In this document: in pieces, positions 1 through 8,802 of the stretch
How positions within the stretch are numbered: the first letter of the stretch is position 1
How the letters are laid out: the number at the start of each line of letters is the position of its first letter
Source of the DNA: a virus
Taxonomy: Duplodnaviria > Caudoviricetes
IMG/VR virus record: IMGVR_UViG_3300022936_000020
Location: 1-38,229 of that record
Direction: 5' to 3' (one strand)
Length of the DNA stretch: 38,229 bases
Made by a program: the position numbers and the translations under genes
The notes under the pieces: model-generated
Databases searched by the model: none
Told to the model about the DNA's origin: nothing
The model's input: only the letters and a program-made list of their open reading frames with translations

Positions 1-363
1 TGCATGGCGCTTGGATGGTGCGGATCTGGAATTAGCAAGTGGACGGCTGGCGGGAAGCGCGGTGTCTATACGCACAACACCAACAGCAGCACCCGCGAGG
101 GAACGCACCCTACCGAAAAGCCGCTCACGCTTATGATGGAATTGCTTTCAGACTTCACCTTCAACGGCGAAACCATCCTCGATCCGTTCATGGGTTCAGG
201 AACAACCGGCGTTGCTGCTGCTCAATTAGGACGTTCATTTGTTGGGTCTGAAATGGACACGCGATATTTCGACATCGCCTGCCGCCGCATAGAAGCAGCC
301 TACAAGCAGCCCCGTCTATTCGCTGAGCCTGTCGTTAAGGCCGTCCAAGAGTCGCTGCTATGA
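1..363 (+). CDS. DNA methyltransferase (N6-A/N4-C, beta class), C-terminal part; N-terminal part is at 37881-38229
   Basis: HPTEKP and ILDPFMGSGTTGVAA (FxGxG SAM-binding) motifs; frame is open from base 1; the catalytic DPPF half lies at the window end. Confidence 0.92.
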   Translation, partial: CMALGWCGSGISKWTAGGKRGVYTHNTNSSTREGTHPTEKPLTLMMELLSDFTFNGETILDPFMGSGTTGVAAAQLGRSFVGSEMDTRYFDIACRRIEAAYKQPRLFAEPVVKAVQESLL

Positions 364-419
364 CCCGCCCCTCCAAGCTCCCGACGTGCGAGAAGTGCGA
401 GGGGGGGGGAGGTGACCTC

Positions 420-908
420 ATGACCTACTTTATCGGGATTGACCCCGGTCTGTCTGGCGCGATTGCTCGCTATGACCCGTCAACCAACGACCTCGCCGTC
501 TATGACGTGCCGACATACGAACTGAAGCGCAACGGCAAGACCAAGCGCGAAGTCGATCTGCACAGCTTGGCGCGGATCATGGATGACCTGACCAAACTAA
601 CGGGGGGGTCGATCCTTATCGAACAGGTCGGGTCGATGCCAGGTCAGGGCGTCTCTTCCGTATTCGCCTTCGGCAAGGTTTACGGCATCCTATTGGGGGT
701 GAGCGCGGCGACCTTCGTTCCCCTCGATACCGTTACGCCTGCCGTGTGGAAGAAGGCCATGGGTGTCACGGCGTCCAAGGACGGATCACGCGCTAAGGCG
801 TCCAGCCTGTTGCCTCAGTGGTCGCACTATTGGTCGAGAGTTAAGGATGACGGACGGGCAGAGGCTGCGCTGTTGGCTATTTACGCTTCAAGGAAAGATG
901 GAAAATGA
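420..908 (+). CDS. RuvC-like Holliday junction resolvase
   Basis: IGIDPGLSGAIA, IEQVGSMPGQGVSSVFAFG, PAVWKK, DGRAEAALLA; ATG 420 follows GGAGGT (in-frame upstream start at 360 is also possible). Confidence 0.9.
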   Translation: MTYFIGIDPGLSGAIARYDPSTNDLAVYDVPTYELKRNGKTKREVDLHSLARIMDDLTKLTGGSILIEQVGSMPGQGVSSVFAFGKVYGILLGVSAATFVPLDTVTPAVWKKAMGVTASKDGSRAKASSLLPQWSHYWSRVKDDGRAEAALLAIYASRKDGK

Positions 909-1663
909 ACGCTTTCGAAACGCACGGCCTGACGCACCTCTCAGCATCGCAAATCAATCTCTGGCTCAATGCGCCTTCGCTTTGGGTATTGGAGAAGTTG
1001 ATGGGGAAGCGCGGGGGCATGGGATGCGCCGCGCACAGAGGGACCGCAGCAGAGGCAGGGATTAGCGCAGGGCTGTTTGACCCGTCGCTGAGCCATGAGG
1101 ACTGCGTAGCGGTCGCCATGCCCGTCTATGACCGTCTGACGGCGCTCTCTGGCGATCCTAAGCGCGACACAGAGCGTGCGGTCATTCCCGGCATGATTAC
1201 GCAGGGCCTTTCGTTGCGTGAGCACGGATTGCCGATCCGTCCGAACGAGGGCGATCAACATAAGATTGAGGTCCGTCTAGAGGGCGTCAGCGTCCCGATC
1301 ATCGGCTACCTTGATTGGCTTTACGCTGACGAGGTGCTGGACCTGAAGACGACCATGCGTGTGCCTAGCGCGATGTCGGAGACGCATTTGCGCCAGGCCT
1401 CGCTCTACAAGACTGCTCACATGGATAAGCGCGTTCGCTTTTTCTATGCGTCCGACAAGAAATCCGAGAAGCACACCTTGACGAAGGATCAATATGAGGC
1501 TTCCATGCGTCAGCTAACGCTTTCGGCTCAACGGCTGGAGCGGTTTCTTGGATTGTCAAAAGACGCAAGAGAGCTTGCGGCCATCGTGCCGCACGACAGC
1601 AGCAGTTTCTATTTCGCAGACGCACAGACAAAGGCGAATGCAATCGAGATTTACGGCTACTAA
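905..1663 (+). CDS. PD-(D/E)XK exonuclease (RecB/Cas4-like phage exonuclease)
   Basis: HLSASQIN, AAHRGTA, IIGYLDW..VLDLKT, QASLY motifs; sits in recombination cluster. Confidence 0.85.
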   Translation: MNAFETHGLTHLSASQINLWLNAPSLWVLEKLMGKRGGMGCAAHRGTAAEAGISAGLFDPSLSHEDCVAVAMPVYDRLTALSGDPKRDTERAVIPGMITQGLSLREHGLPIRPNEGDQHKIEVRLEGVSVPIIGYLDWLYADEVLDLKTTMRVPSAMSETHLRQASLYKTAHMDKRVRFFYASDKKSEKHTLTKDQYEASMRQLTLSAQRLERFLGLSKDARELAAIVPHDSSSFYFADAQTKANAIEIYGY

Positions 1664-1718
1664 CGGTCGTAATGCGCGGTCCCGACGCTTTTCGGGTGGG
1701 TGAAAACGGAGAAAAGCA

Positions 1719-2360
1719 ATGGCCCTTGGCCTGGTTACAGAATCGAATGGTGGTGGCGACTTCAACAAGGTCGTCAAGTTTGATGCCCGCGCAGGACGCA
1801 TGTTCCGCGTGGACCGCGAGCAAGACTCGGGCGGTCAGTGGACGACGGAGAACGTCGAAATCACGAACGGCTTTACCGCCGTCATGGACCTTGAGAACAT
1901 CGAAGTGGGTTGGTGCCTGTTCGCCGCTGGCGTCGCGCCTCAACTGACGCTGGTTCCTCTGGGTCAGCCCCTTCCGGCCCGTCCGTCTGATCAGCACAAG
2001 CAAGGCTTCCGTCTTATGATGAAGCTCGGCAAGTCGTCGGGTGGAGACGTGCGGGAGATCAGCGCCACGTCTAAGGCTGTTCTTGGGGCCGTGGACGAGC
2101 TTCACACGGCCTATGAGGCGCAGAAGGCCGCTAACCCCGGCAAGCTGCCCCTGGTAGCCCTGACGGGTTCCAAGCCCATCGTTTCGACGGGCAAGGGTCA
2201 GACCTCGACCAACTATGCGCCGATCTTTGAAATCCAGAAATGGATTGATCGTCCTGCTGAGTTGGGCGGGGCAGCTTCGTCTGGCGAGGCCAAGGAAGAT
2301 CCGAAGCCGGAACCGGTGAAGGAAACTCCGAAGGCCGATAGCGGCGACGAAGAGTTCTAA
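1719..2360 (+). CDS. Putative single-stranded DNA-binding protein
   Basis: Follows exonuclease; beta-rich sequence, NYAPIFEIQKWIDRP, acidic tail ending SGDEEF. Confidence 0.65.
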   Translation: MALGLVTESNGGGDFNKVVKFDARAGRMFRVDREQDSGGQWTTENVEITNGFTAVMDLENIEVGWCLFAAGVAPQLTLVPLGQPLPARPSDQHKQGFRLMMKLGKSSGGDVREISATSKAVLGAVDELHTAYEAQKAANPGKLPLVALTGSKPIVSTGKGQTSTNYAPIFEIQKWIDRPAELGGAASSGEAKEDPKPEPVKETPKADSGDEEF

Positions 2361-2364
2361 GAGG

Positions 2365-2393
2365 GAAGGGGGTCGAGAGGCCCCTTTCTTTTT
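2365..2393 (+). terminator. Intrinsic terminator
   Basis: GAAGGGGGTC-GAGA-GGCCCCTTTC hairpin (GNRA loop) followed by a T run, just after the SSB stop. Confidence 0.8.
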
Positions 2394-2418
2394 GTCTGGG
2401 ACTATCCGCAAGTAGCGC

Positions 2419-2446
2419 TTGCGTGTAATTGATTTGAGAGTATGGT
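2419..2446 (+). promoter_or_regulatory. Putative sigma70-type promoter for the replication genes
   Basis: TTGCGT and TATGGT hexamers at promoter-like spacing, upstream of AGGAGGT RBS. Confidence 0.5.
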
Positions 2447-2465
2447 AACCGAAATAGGAGGTGTC

Positions 2466-2663
2466 ATGATCGAACCAGATCCCATAAATGAATTGAGCGC
2501 AGCAATTGAGCGAGCGGGGACTCAAACGAAGTTCGCCGCCGAGTGCGGCTTGCCTCAATCTTATATTTCAGCGGTCATGCGCCGCGAGCGACCACCCTCT
2601 GATAAGCTTCTGTCTATCCTTGGACTTAAGCGCGTCGTTATCCAGGTGGAGAAGCGGGCGTGA
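2466..2663 (+). CDS. Cro/XRE-like helix-turn-helix protein
   Basis: GTQTKFAAECGLPQSYISAVMRRERPPS HTH; ATG 2466 after AGGAGGT. Confidence 0.8.
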   Translation: MIEPDPINELSAAIERAGTQTKFAAECGLPQSYISAVMRRERPPSDKLLSILGLKRVVIQVEKRA

Positions 2664-5440
2664 TGACGGATAATAATCAGGACATCCGCCAACTCGACGC
2701 CAGCACCATTGCGGCGATCTCGGAAGAGATTGGAGCAGCCAAGGCGCGCGGCTGGCTTCAGAACGACCTAAAGCGGTGGTTTACGTCAAAATCGGTCGCA
2801 CATGCGGATTACAAGGTTGCCTTGTCGGGTGGTGGCGTTCCTGCTGGAGTTGCCGGAACCTTGGCGCAAATCAGCATCACGGGCTTGCCAGATAAGCCGT
2901 GTGTCCCGAACGCCGACGATATTCGCAGCCACATTGAATGGTTGATTGAGCCAGCGAAAAGCGATTACGCCGATGCGCTGTTTGAGATCGCCTATGATGC
3001 GGGGAACGGGCATTGCAACGCGGCTGCGTTGTTTGATCTGGATGAGGTCGAGAAGGCCGTTGAGTTCGCCGTGCAGCGCAATGCAAACGGGTCGAACGTC
3101 TATATCGCAGCGGCACTCAAGCTGCCCGACACGGATCGTAAGGGTCGTTCAGAAGCGAAAGACTTCTACGTCGCGACGGCTGTGCCAATCGACATCGACA
3201 GCGACTATGATAACACCCGCGCTCGCATGGCGACTGTCTGCGAGGATGCGCTTGTCGTCACCACGGGCCTGACGCCTGAGCGGCGGTCGCAGCATTGGAC
3301 GAGACTTGTTGAGCCGTGCGACGATGAAGGCGATTTCGCCCATGCGTTCGCCGCCCTCGTGCTTCACACCAACGCTGACGCAAAAGTCAAAGATTCGGCC
3401 CGAATCATGCGGCTGGGTGGAACGGTTTCCTATCCAGGCGAGCGCAAGCAGGCCAAAGGCTATTGCACAGAGCTAACCGTCACGACGATCCGAGAGAACG
3501 CCAAACCGTCCGACATTGAGCGGCTGAAAGGGCTTGAGGAAGCGCCAGCGTCTATGCGTCAGGACGTGACGCGCGAGGCAGGCGCAAGCGGAGAAATCCA
3601 GAAGGATTGGGTGGGCCGAGTTACTGACGGTCGAGAGTCGCACTTCCGCGATATTCTGTTGCGTCACATTCGTCAGTTTCAGGAAGAGAACGGCGCAGAT
3701 CCAGAGCCTCAAGAGTTGTTCGACAGCGCCTTTGCAGAGTTCAGCGACCCTCGCAACGTTAAGAATGATGATGGACGTTGGACGAACGTCGCGGGACAAC
3801 AGCAGCTTCTAATGCGGGTTCAGAACACCATGCGCCGCTTGCGTAGTGGCCGATTGGCGAAGCTGGGTCTCTACAGCTACGAAACCGGAGAGGGCCAGGC
3901 TCAGGCTGAGGCCGCGCAGACCAACCGAAATGCGGTCATGGAGGCGCGAAAAAAGCCCGAGACCTTCGTGGCTGAGGTTGTGTCAAGCGAGGGTGAGATC
4001 ACGCCGATCATCACTGAGACAGAATCCGTCACTGCGACAGGCGCGTCTATCTTCGATCCTTGGGAGCGCTACGCTGTTCCAGGCTTTCCTCTGGAAGTGC
4101 TTCCGCCTGTGTTGCGGGATTACGTGGAATATCTGTCGATCAGCACCGGGGGCGACAGGTCGGCGGTTGCGATGTCTGCCCTTGCAGCCCTGTCTGGATG
4201 TATGAGCCAAGAGTTTGCGCTCAAGATGAAGCGTTCAGGCGATTGGTATGTGAAGCCGCGCCTATGGGTGATGTTGGTAGGCGATCCGTCTTCCAAGAAA
4301 TCACCCATCATGTCGGCCTGTGTCCGACCCGTTCGGTCGTGGGAGTCGGTTGGGGTCAAGGAATACCAATCTTCCTATGCGCGCTGGAAAGCTGACGGCG
4401 ACAAGAACGAGACAGAGCCAACCAAGCCGACGCGGTTTCTGCTCAACGAGGTTACGTCTGAAAAGCTGGGTGAGATACTCTCTCGCCAGGACAGGGGCGT
4501 TTTGGTCGAGCAAGACGAGGTGTCGGGCTGGATTGGCGCGATGGATAAATACGGTGGCGGTAAGGGGGCGGCTGCTGACCGTGGGTTCTGGCTTGGGGCC
4601 TATAACGGAGGCCCGCGCACAATCGACCGGCTTGGACGGGGCGAGACGTTCGTTCAGAACCTATGCGTCGCCTTCGTTGGAGGTGTGCAGCCTGATCGTC
4701 TGGCTGAGATGGCGAACCTTACGTCTGACGGCCTCCTACAGAGATTCTTGCCCGTCATGATGACGCGGGCGATCTATTCCGGCGAGGTAGAAGACGAAGC
4801 CCCCGCTGAAGCCTACAAAGATTTGTGCTTTAGGCTTCTTCGTATGATGCCCGCCAAGCTTCAGATGGATGAAGGGGCCAGGGAGGCGTCAGGGGCCTTC
4901 CAGAGGTTTCTTCATGACCTTGAGGGTATGGATGGTCTCGGGAAGGGCTTCTGCGGATTCGCAGGCAAACTATCGGGCATTCACGGCTCATTGTCTCTCG
5001 TGCTCCATATGATCAGCGATCCTGACGCGATTTTGGACGCGGTTTCCGAGCGCACGGTCAGGGATGCAGAACGCATCATTCGCGACTTCTGCATTCCGCA
5101 TGGCCTGGAGCTTTATCGCAGTTCGACGGACGGCGGCGATTGGGAGGCCTTGCGTAAGATCGCCAGTTTCATTCTGACGAGTGATAAAGAGCGCTTCACG
5201 GCGTCGGACTTCACGGCAGGCGTTCGCTCTTTGCGCGGCCTTACGACGTGGGAAATTGGACAGCGCGTGTCGCCGTTGGTTGCTGGTGGATGGCTATCTG
5301 AAGACGAGGGCGGCAAGGGCTGGACTGTCGTTAAGAACCTTCGCCTAGCGATGGCCGAACGCCGCGCAGAAGAGGCGAGAAGGAAGGCCGAGGTGATGAA
5401 AATCATCAAAAAGGGCCGAGTTGGCGGCGATGTGGAATAA
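2660..5440 (+). CDS. Primase-helicase (RepB-like primase domain plus DUF3987/YfjI-type P-loop domain)
   Basis: IDID, SQHW and KDSARIMRLGGT primase-type motifs; LVGDPSSKKSP Walker A-like, EQDEVSGW, GGVQPD, DGLLQRFL. Confidence 0.85.
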   Translation: MMTDNNQDIRQLDASTIAAISEEIGAAKARGWLQNDLKRWFTSKSVAHADYKVALSGGGVPAGVAGTLAQISITGLPDKPCVPNADDIRSHIEWLIEPAKSDYADALFEIAYDAGNGHCNAAALFDLDEVEKAVEFAVQRNANGSNVYIAAALKLPDTDRKGRSEAKDFYVATAVPIDIDSDYDNTRARMATVCEDALVVTTGLTPERRSQHWTRLVEPCDDEGDFAHAFAALVLHTNADAKVKDSARIMRLGGTVSYPGERKQAKGYCTELTVTTIRENAKPSDIERLKGLEEAPASMRQDVTREAGASGEIQKDWVGRVTDGRESHFRDILLRHIRQFQEENGADPEPQELFDSAFAEFSDPRNVKNDDGRWTNVAGQQQLLMRVQNTMRRLRSGRLAKLGLYSYETGEGQAQAEAAQTNRNAVMEARKKPETFVAEVVSSEGEITPIITETESVTATGASIFDPWERYAVPGFPLEVLPPVLRDYVEYLSISTGGDRSAVAMSALAALSGCMSQEFALKMKRSGDWYVKPRLWVMLVGDPSSKKSPIMSACVRPVRSWESVGVKEYQSSYARWKADGDKNETEPTKPTRFLLNEVTSEKLGEILSRQDRGVLVEQDEVSGWIGAMDKYGGGKGAAADRGFWLGAYNGGPRTIDRLGRGETFVQNLCVAFVGGVQPDRLAEMANLTSDGLLQRFLPVMMTRAIYSGEVEDEAPAEAYKDLCFRLLRMMPAKLQMDEGAREASGAFQRFLHDLEGMDGLGKGFCGFAGKLSGIHGSLSLVLHMISDPDAILDAVSERTVRDAERIIRDFCIPHGLELYRSSTDGGDWEALRKIASFILTSDKERFTASDFTAGVRSLRGLTTWEIGQRVSPLVAGGWLSEDEGGKGWTVVKNLRLAMAERRAEEARRKAEVMKIIKKGRVGGDVE

Positions 5441-5451
5441 TCGCTGTTTCC

Positions 5452-5590
5452 GTCAGGATTGTCAGGATTTTGGTATTTTTCCTGACAATCCTGCTTGCGC
5501 GTATGTAAGCAAACTTGAAAATCCCTCTCTCTCTACCTTTAGGCGGGAAGTTCGGTGACGCGCACGCAAGCAAGATTGTCAGGATTTTGG
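5452..5590. repeat. Direct and inverted repeat cluster, putative replication origin
   Basis: CAGGATTGTCAGG at 5454-5466, exact inverse CCTGACAATCCTG at 5481-5493, and CAAGATTGTCAGGATTTTGG at 5571-5590; directly after the primase-helicase stop. Confidence 0.7.
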
Positions 5591-5607
5591 AAAATGGAGA
5601 GATCGAA

Positions 5608-6156
5608 ATGAACGAGGACACAACCACGCTGAAGGCGCACATAGACGGCGTGGACCACATCGCGCAGCGCATGGAATCGAAGTGGGGCGTGGACCGACTG
5701 CCGCTTCTCGTAGGCGCAGACACCCGCGCCAAGTTCTATCGCCAGGGCGAACGCATGAGGGATGCCCTAGAAGCCTGCTACGGCGCGAAGGTCATCACGC
5801 GCGATATGCTGGACACCGTGGCGAGCGCGACAGGCGGCATGGAGCGCGCTTGGGCTGCTCTGGACAAGCAGGCCGAACAGGCGGGCGAGAAGCCGATAGA
5901 TCCTGACGTTTGGGAGACGCCCTTGTCGGATGGCTCGCTTGTCGCTATCGTGCAGACAAACGCAGATGCGTCGAAGGTTATTCGGGATGGGCGACTCAAG
6001 AACGTCTGGACGCTCGAAGAGGTGGCTCGCGCCATTGAGGCCTTCCCTGATATTGTGCGGTCGATCAAGGAGACGTTTCCCGGTGCGCTGGTTCAACCTA
6101 TCAAAACGAAGCGAGCGCGTGGGGAGAAGCTTGATGACCCAATTCCGTTCGGTTGA
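5608..6156 (+). CDS. Hypothetical phage protein
   Basis: ATG 5608 after GGAGAG; MESKWGVDRLPLLV; ends DDPIPFG. Confidence 0.75.
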   Translation: MNEDTTTLKAHIDGVDHIAQRMESKWGVDRLPLLVGADTRAKFYRQGERMRDALEACYGAKVITRDMLDTVASATGGMERAWAALDKQAEQAGEKPIDPDVWETPLSDGSLVAIVQTNADASKVIRDGRLKNVWTLEEVARAIEAFPDIVRSIKETFPGALVQPIKTKRARGEKLDDPIPFG

Positions 6157-6350
6157 GGCGTAGCATCATGCAGCAGTTTCGATCATACGCAGATAACGGC
6201 ATGGCAGACATGCTGAAAGAGGCGAGAAAATCTCCGTTTGGAAAAATCACACCGCGAGGCAAAATCACTCGCGACGTGAAACTTTCCAATGCGAGCCTAA
6301 AACCTTCTGAGGGCGTCGCTCTTCGTAAGTTTTCGTGGGAAGCCGAATGA
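6153..6350 (+). CDS. Small basic hypothetical protein
   Basis: Overlaps the stop of the previous gene and the start of TerS; start uncertain. Confidence 0.5.
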   Translation: MRRSIMQQFRSYADNGMADMLKEARKSPFGKITPRGKITRDVKLSNASLKPSEGVALRKFSWEAE

Positions 6351-6802
6351 CTGGACGACCCTCAGTCTTCACGCCAGAGATCGCCGCAGAAATTTGCGAG
6401 CGTATCGCCATGGACGAGTCGCTCATCAAAATCTGTGAGAGCGATCATATGCCGTCAACGAACACGGTTTATCGGTGGCTGAACGATGAGGACAAACAAG
6501 GCTTTCGTGATGACTATGTGCGCGCACGAGGCAACCAGGCGCACACCGTAGCGGACCAGGCCAAGAAGGTTCGGGAAGACTTGCTCGCTGGTCTGATCGA
6601 TCACCAAACCGCGAACGCCCTGCTCAACTTCATCAAGTGGGAGACGGGCAAGCGCAACCCTAAGACCTACGGCGACAAGATCACGCAGGAACACACCGGC
6701 ACAGACGGCGGGCCTATTCGGACGCAGGGGACGGTGGACGTGACGGGTCTGAGTGCCGAGCAGCTAGCGGTTCTGGCGAGCATTCCGGTGGCGGGGGAGT
6801 AG
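6347..6802 (+). CDS. terS: Terminase small subunit (Sf6 gp1-like)
   Basis: MTGRPSVFTPEIAAEICERIA..SLIKIC..MPSTNTVYRWL, KW..GKRNPKTYGDKITQEHTG. Confidence 0.9.
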   Translation: MTGRPSVFTPEIAAEICERIAMDESLIKICESDHMPSTNTVYRWLNDEDKQGFRDDYVRARGNQAHTVADQAKKVREDLLAGLIDHQTANALLNFIKWETGKRNPKTYGDKITQEHTGTDGGPIRTQGTVDVTGLSAEQLAVLASIPVAGE

Positions 6803-6804
6803 AA

Positions 6805-7026
6805 GTGACGAACGTGGTTCAGCTTGAGGTGCTGCAAGGGGACGGCTTTCACATGGAGGCCGATGACGTTCTGAATGGCGCTGTAGGTCGCTTGAGACAG
6901 TGTTTCGTTGTCGGCATTGACGAGGACGGCGAGATTTACATGGCCGGCACTGACGGATGCGCTGAGAGCGTGTTTCTCATGGAGCGCGCCAAGGCCTTGA
7001 TGGTTGGGTCTGACTATGGGCGCTGA
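6805..7026 (+). CDS. Hypothetical protein
   Basis: GTG after GGGGAG RBS; 73 aa. Confidence 0.7.
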   Translation: MTNVVQLEVLQGDGFHMEADDVLNGAVGRLRQCFVVGIDEDGEIYMAGTDGCAESVFLMERAKALMVGSDYGR

Positions 7027-7037
7027 GAAATAACCCG

Positions 7038-7084
7038 TTGACACCGTGACCGGTCGTGATTAGTGTCGGTTATCAGATGGAGAG
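7038..7084 (+). promoter_or_regulatory. Repeated promoter cassette, copy 1
   Basis: TTGACA-N17-TAGTGT with GTGACCGGTCGTG in the spacer, then CAGATGGAGAG RBS. Confidence 0.8.
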
Positions 7085-7090
7085 ACGGAC

Positions 7091-7228
7091 ATGGCAATCG
7101 TTGGACAAGCAGCAAACACCGTTTACGGCAAAGGCATCGTCGCCAAAGTCAACGGTAAGTCGGTGATCGTCACTGTGAACGGCCAGGCTCACAAGCTGAG
7201 CGCCAAGCAGTTCGGGATCATGAACTGA
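7091..7228 (+). CDS. 45-aa hypothetical protein (small beta/SH3-like), absent from ORF track
   Basis: MAIVGQAANTVYGKGIVAKVNGKSVIVTVNGQAHKLSAKQFGIMN; strong RBS; TGATG overlap with next gene. Confidence 0.8.
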   Translation: MAIVGQAANTVYGKGIVAKVNGKSVIVTVNGQAHKLSAKQFGIMN

Positions 7229-7455
7229 TGACGAAGGATAATTCCAACCTCGTCCGTGAGTGCTACATGCACGATACGGGCGTGGTGCCTGAGTTCGATC
7301 AGCGCACCTTCATGGACTGGTGCGAAAAGCACGTCGTGGAATGGAAAGCCAAGGTCACGGCGCTAGGGTATGATTGGCCTCGCTGGAGCATTCCAGAGGA
7401 CTATCACGTCCGCCTGACCTATCACGAATGGCTCAAGGGAAGGGTCGGGCTGTGA
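7228..7455 (+). CDS. Hypothetical protein
   Basis: Translationally coupled on both sides; Trp-rich, 75 aa. Confidence 0.75.
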   Translation: MTKDNSNLVRECYMHDTGVVPEFDQRTFMDWCEKHVVEWKAKVTALGYDWPRWSIPEDYHVRLTYHEWLKGRVGL

Positions 7456-7610
7456 GCCAGCATGACGAGGAGCGCGCACAAGAGCGCCTTTATGCACGGA
7501 CGCGCTGGATCACGCGCGAGGATCTAGAACGTCTTTATCCGTCCGTTCAGCCTGACGAAAATTATGCGGACGACGAAATCGTGCTCACCGATCCGAATCC
7601 TTTCAAATAA
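7452..7610 (+). CDS. Hypothetical protein, 52 aa
   Basis: GTGA overlap with previous stop; MSQHDEERAQERLYARTRWITREDLERLYP... Confidence 0.65.
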   Translation: MSQHDEERAQERLYARTRWITREDLERLYPSVQPDENYADDEIVLTDPNPFK

Positions 7611-7613
7611 CGC

Positions 7614-7660
7614 TTGACCATGTGACCGGTCGTGCTATGTTGGCTCCAACAGATGGAGAG
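7614..7660 (+). promoter_or_regulatory. Repeated promoter cassette, copy 2
   Basis: TTGACC-N16-TATGTT with identical GTGACCGGTCGTG spacer motif and CAGATGGAGAG RBS. Confidence 0.8.
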
Positions 7661-7666
7661 AACGAC

Positions 7667-7801
7667 ATGTCTTTGAACGAACTGCTGGCCCAAACGATCA
7701 GCCTGCGCGACAAGACTCAGGCCAACAACCCCAACAGCCAGCGCCTGTCGATCCTAGAGCGCGATATTCAGCGCCTGAAGCGCATGGGGGCGGTGGCATG
7801 A
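7667..7801 (+). CDS. 44-aa hypothetical protein, absent from ORF track
   Basis: MSLNELLAQTISLRDKTQANNPNSQRLSILERDIQRLKRMGAVA; RBS; ATGA overlap with next gene. Confidence 0.75.
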   Translation: MSLNELLAQTISLRDKTQANNPNSQRLSILERDIQRLKRMGAVA

Positions 7802-7989
7802 CTTACGTCACCACAAGTCTCCGCAAAGCCCGCAAAGCCATTCAGGACGGACAGGCTGATGGTATAGCCCAGGCTGTCTCTCTTCTGGTTGAGTCGCAGC
7901 CTGACGTTCATCCCGACAATCAGACATGGGATTCAGCTATCGCCATGCTTCGTATTTTTGAGGCTAACGTGCGGAGTTCGGCAGCATGA
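7798..7989 (+). CDS. Hypothetical protein
   Basis: ATGA overlaps on both ends. Confidence 0.7.
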   Translation: MTYVTTSLRKARKAIQDGQADGIAQAVSLLVESQPDVHPDNQTWDSAIAMLRIFEANVRSSAA

Positions 7990-8282
7990 CCCCCTCCCGC
8001 CGTGCCGCAGAGGCGGCTTTGAATATCCTGAGTGGTGAGCAGCGTTTCCTTAAAGAGATCCTCCGTCAGGACAGGGAACGCCACCGCAAACTGCACCTTG
8101 GCTACACGATTGAGGAGGAACGCATGTGGCTACTGTTCAATCGGTGTTGCCATCCAGGCCGCAAAATCCGCCTTTTGCCGCGTGTGATGAGAATGGCCGT
8201 GACCAGACCAAATCAGATTGTTGTTCGTCGCCGCACGTTTACCGATGAGCAGGCGCGCGAAATCATAAGGGCCTCCCAATGA
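7986..8282 (+). CDS. Hypothetical Arg-rich protein
   Basis: ATGA overlaps on both ends. Confidence 0.65.
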   Translation: MTPSRRAAEAALNILSGEQRFLKEILRQDRERHRKLHLGYTIEEERMWLLFNRCCHPGRKIRLLPRVMRMAVTRPNQIVVRRRTFTDEQAREIIRASQ

Positions 8283-8470
8283 CCCCCGACACCATCCGCA
8301 AACGCGCCGAACGCCTGCGCAGGAAGGAGGCGGGGTATAAGCGCGTGGAGTGCTGGTTGCCTACTGAAGACGTAGCGTGGGCGGATCAGATCGCCAAGGA
8401 TAACGATGACTCGCTGGCTGACATTGTCGCCTGGTGCGTTTCGAGCATGAGGAAGGATTTCAGCGAATGA
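8279..8470 (+). CDS. Putative ribbon-helix-helix-like DNA-binding protein
   Basis: RKRAERLRRKEAGYKRVECWLP basic helix plus strand, followed by two helices. Confidence 0.55.
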   Translation: MTPDTIRKRAERLRRKEAGYKRVECWLPTEDVAWADQIAKDNDDSLADIVAWCVSSMRKDFSE

Positions 8471-8802
8471 CCAACCCGACCCTTGAACGCGCGGCTAGGG
8501 CTTTGGCTAGAGGCCGAGCAGACCCGAAGGGCGTGATGTCAGACGAGGAAGTTGCTGCATGGGCTGAGCAAGTTTGGACGAACAAATATATTCGCGCAAA
8601 CCTGTTTCGTGATGCCCGCGCCGTGCTGATGGCTGTGCGGGAGCCGGATGAGACGATGGTCAAGGCTGCGGAGGATCGAGAAGAGGAGATTGTTGGGACG
8701 TATGGCTGTGCAGATCCTACAGGAGGATTTGAAATAGATGGCCCGAAGATTTGCTTCGTTGCCATGATCGACGCGATCCTTGGCGAAGGAGAGGGGGAGT
8801 GA
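8467..8802 (+). CDS. Hypothetical phage protein
   Basis: MTNPTLERAARALA..ARAVLMAVREPDETMVKAA..AMIDAIL; ATGA overlap. Confidence 0.75.
   Translation: MTNPTLERAARALARGRADPKGVMSDEEVAAWAEQVWTNKYIRANLFRDARAVLMAVREPDETMVKAAEDREEEIVGTYGCADPTGGFEIDGPKICFVAMIDAILGEGEGE

Noticed and set aside
905-1663. Cas4 / CRISPR association
   Set aside because: No Fe-S cysteine cluster, array or other cas genes; the context is phage recombination
1365-2558. 397-aa minus-strand ORF
   Set aside because: Antisense shadow of the exonuclease, SSB and HTH genes; no motifs; crosses a terminator and promoter
5515-5607. N-terminal extension of ORF 5515-6156
   Set aside because: Runs through the repeat array; the RBS supports ATG 5608
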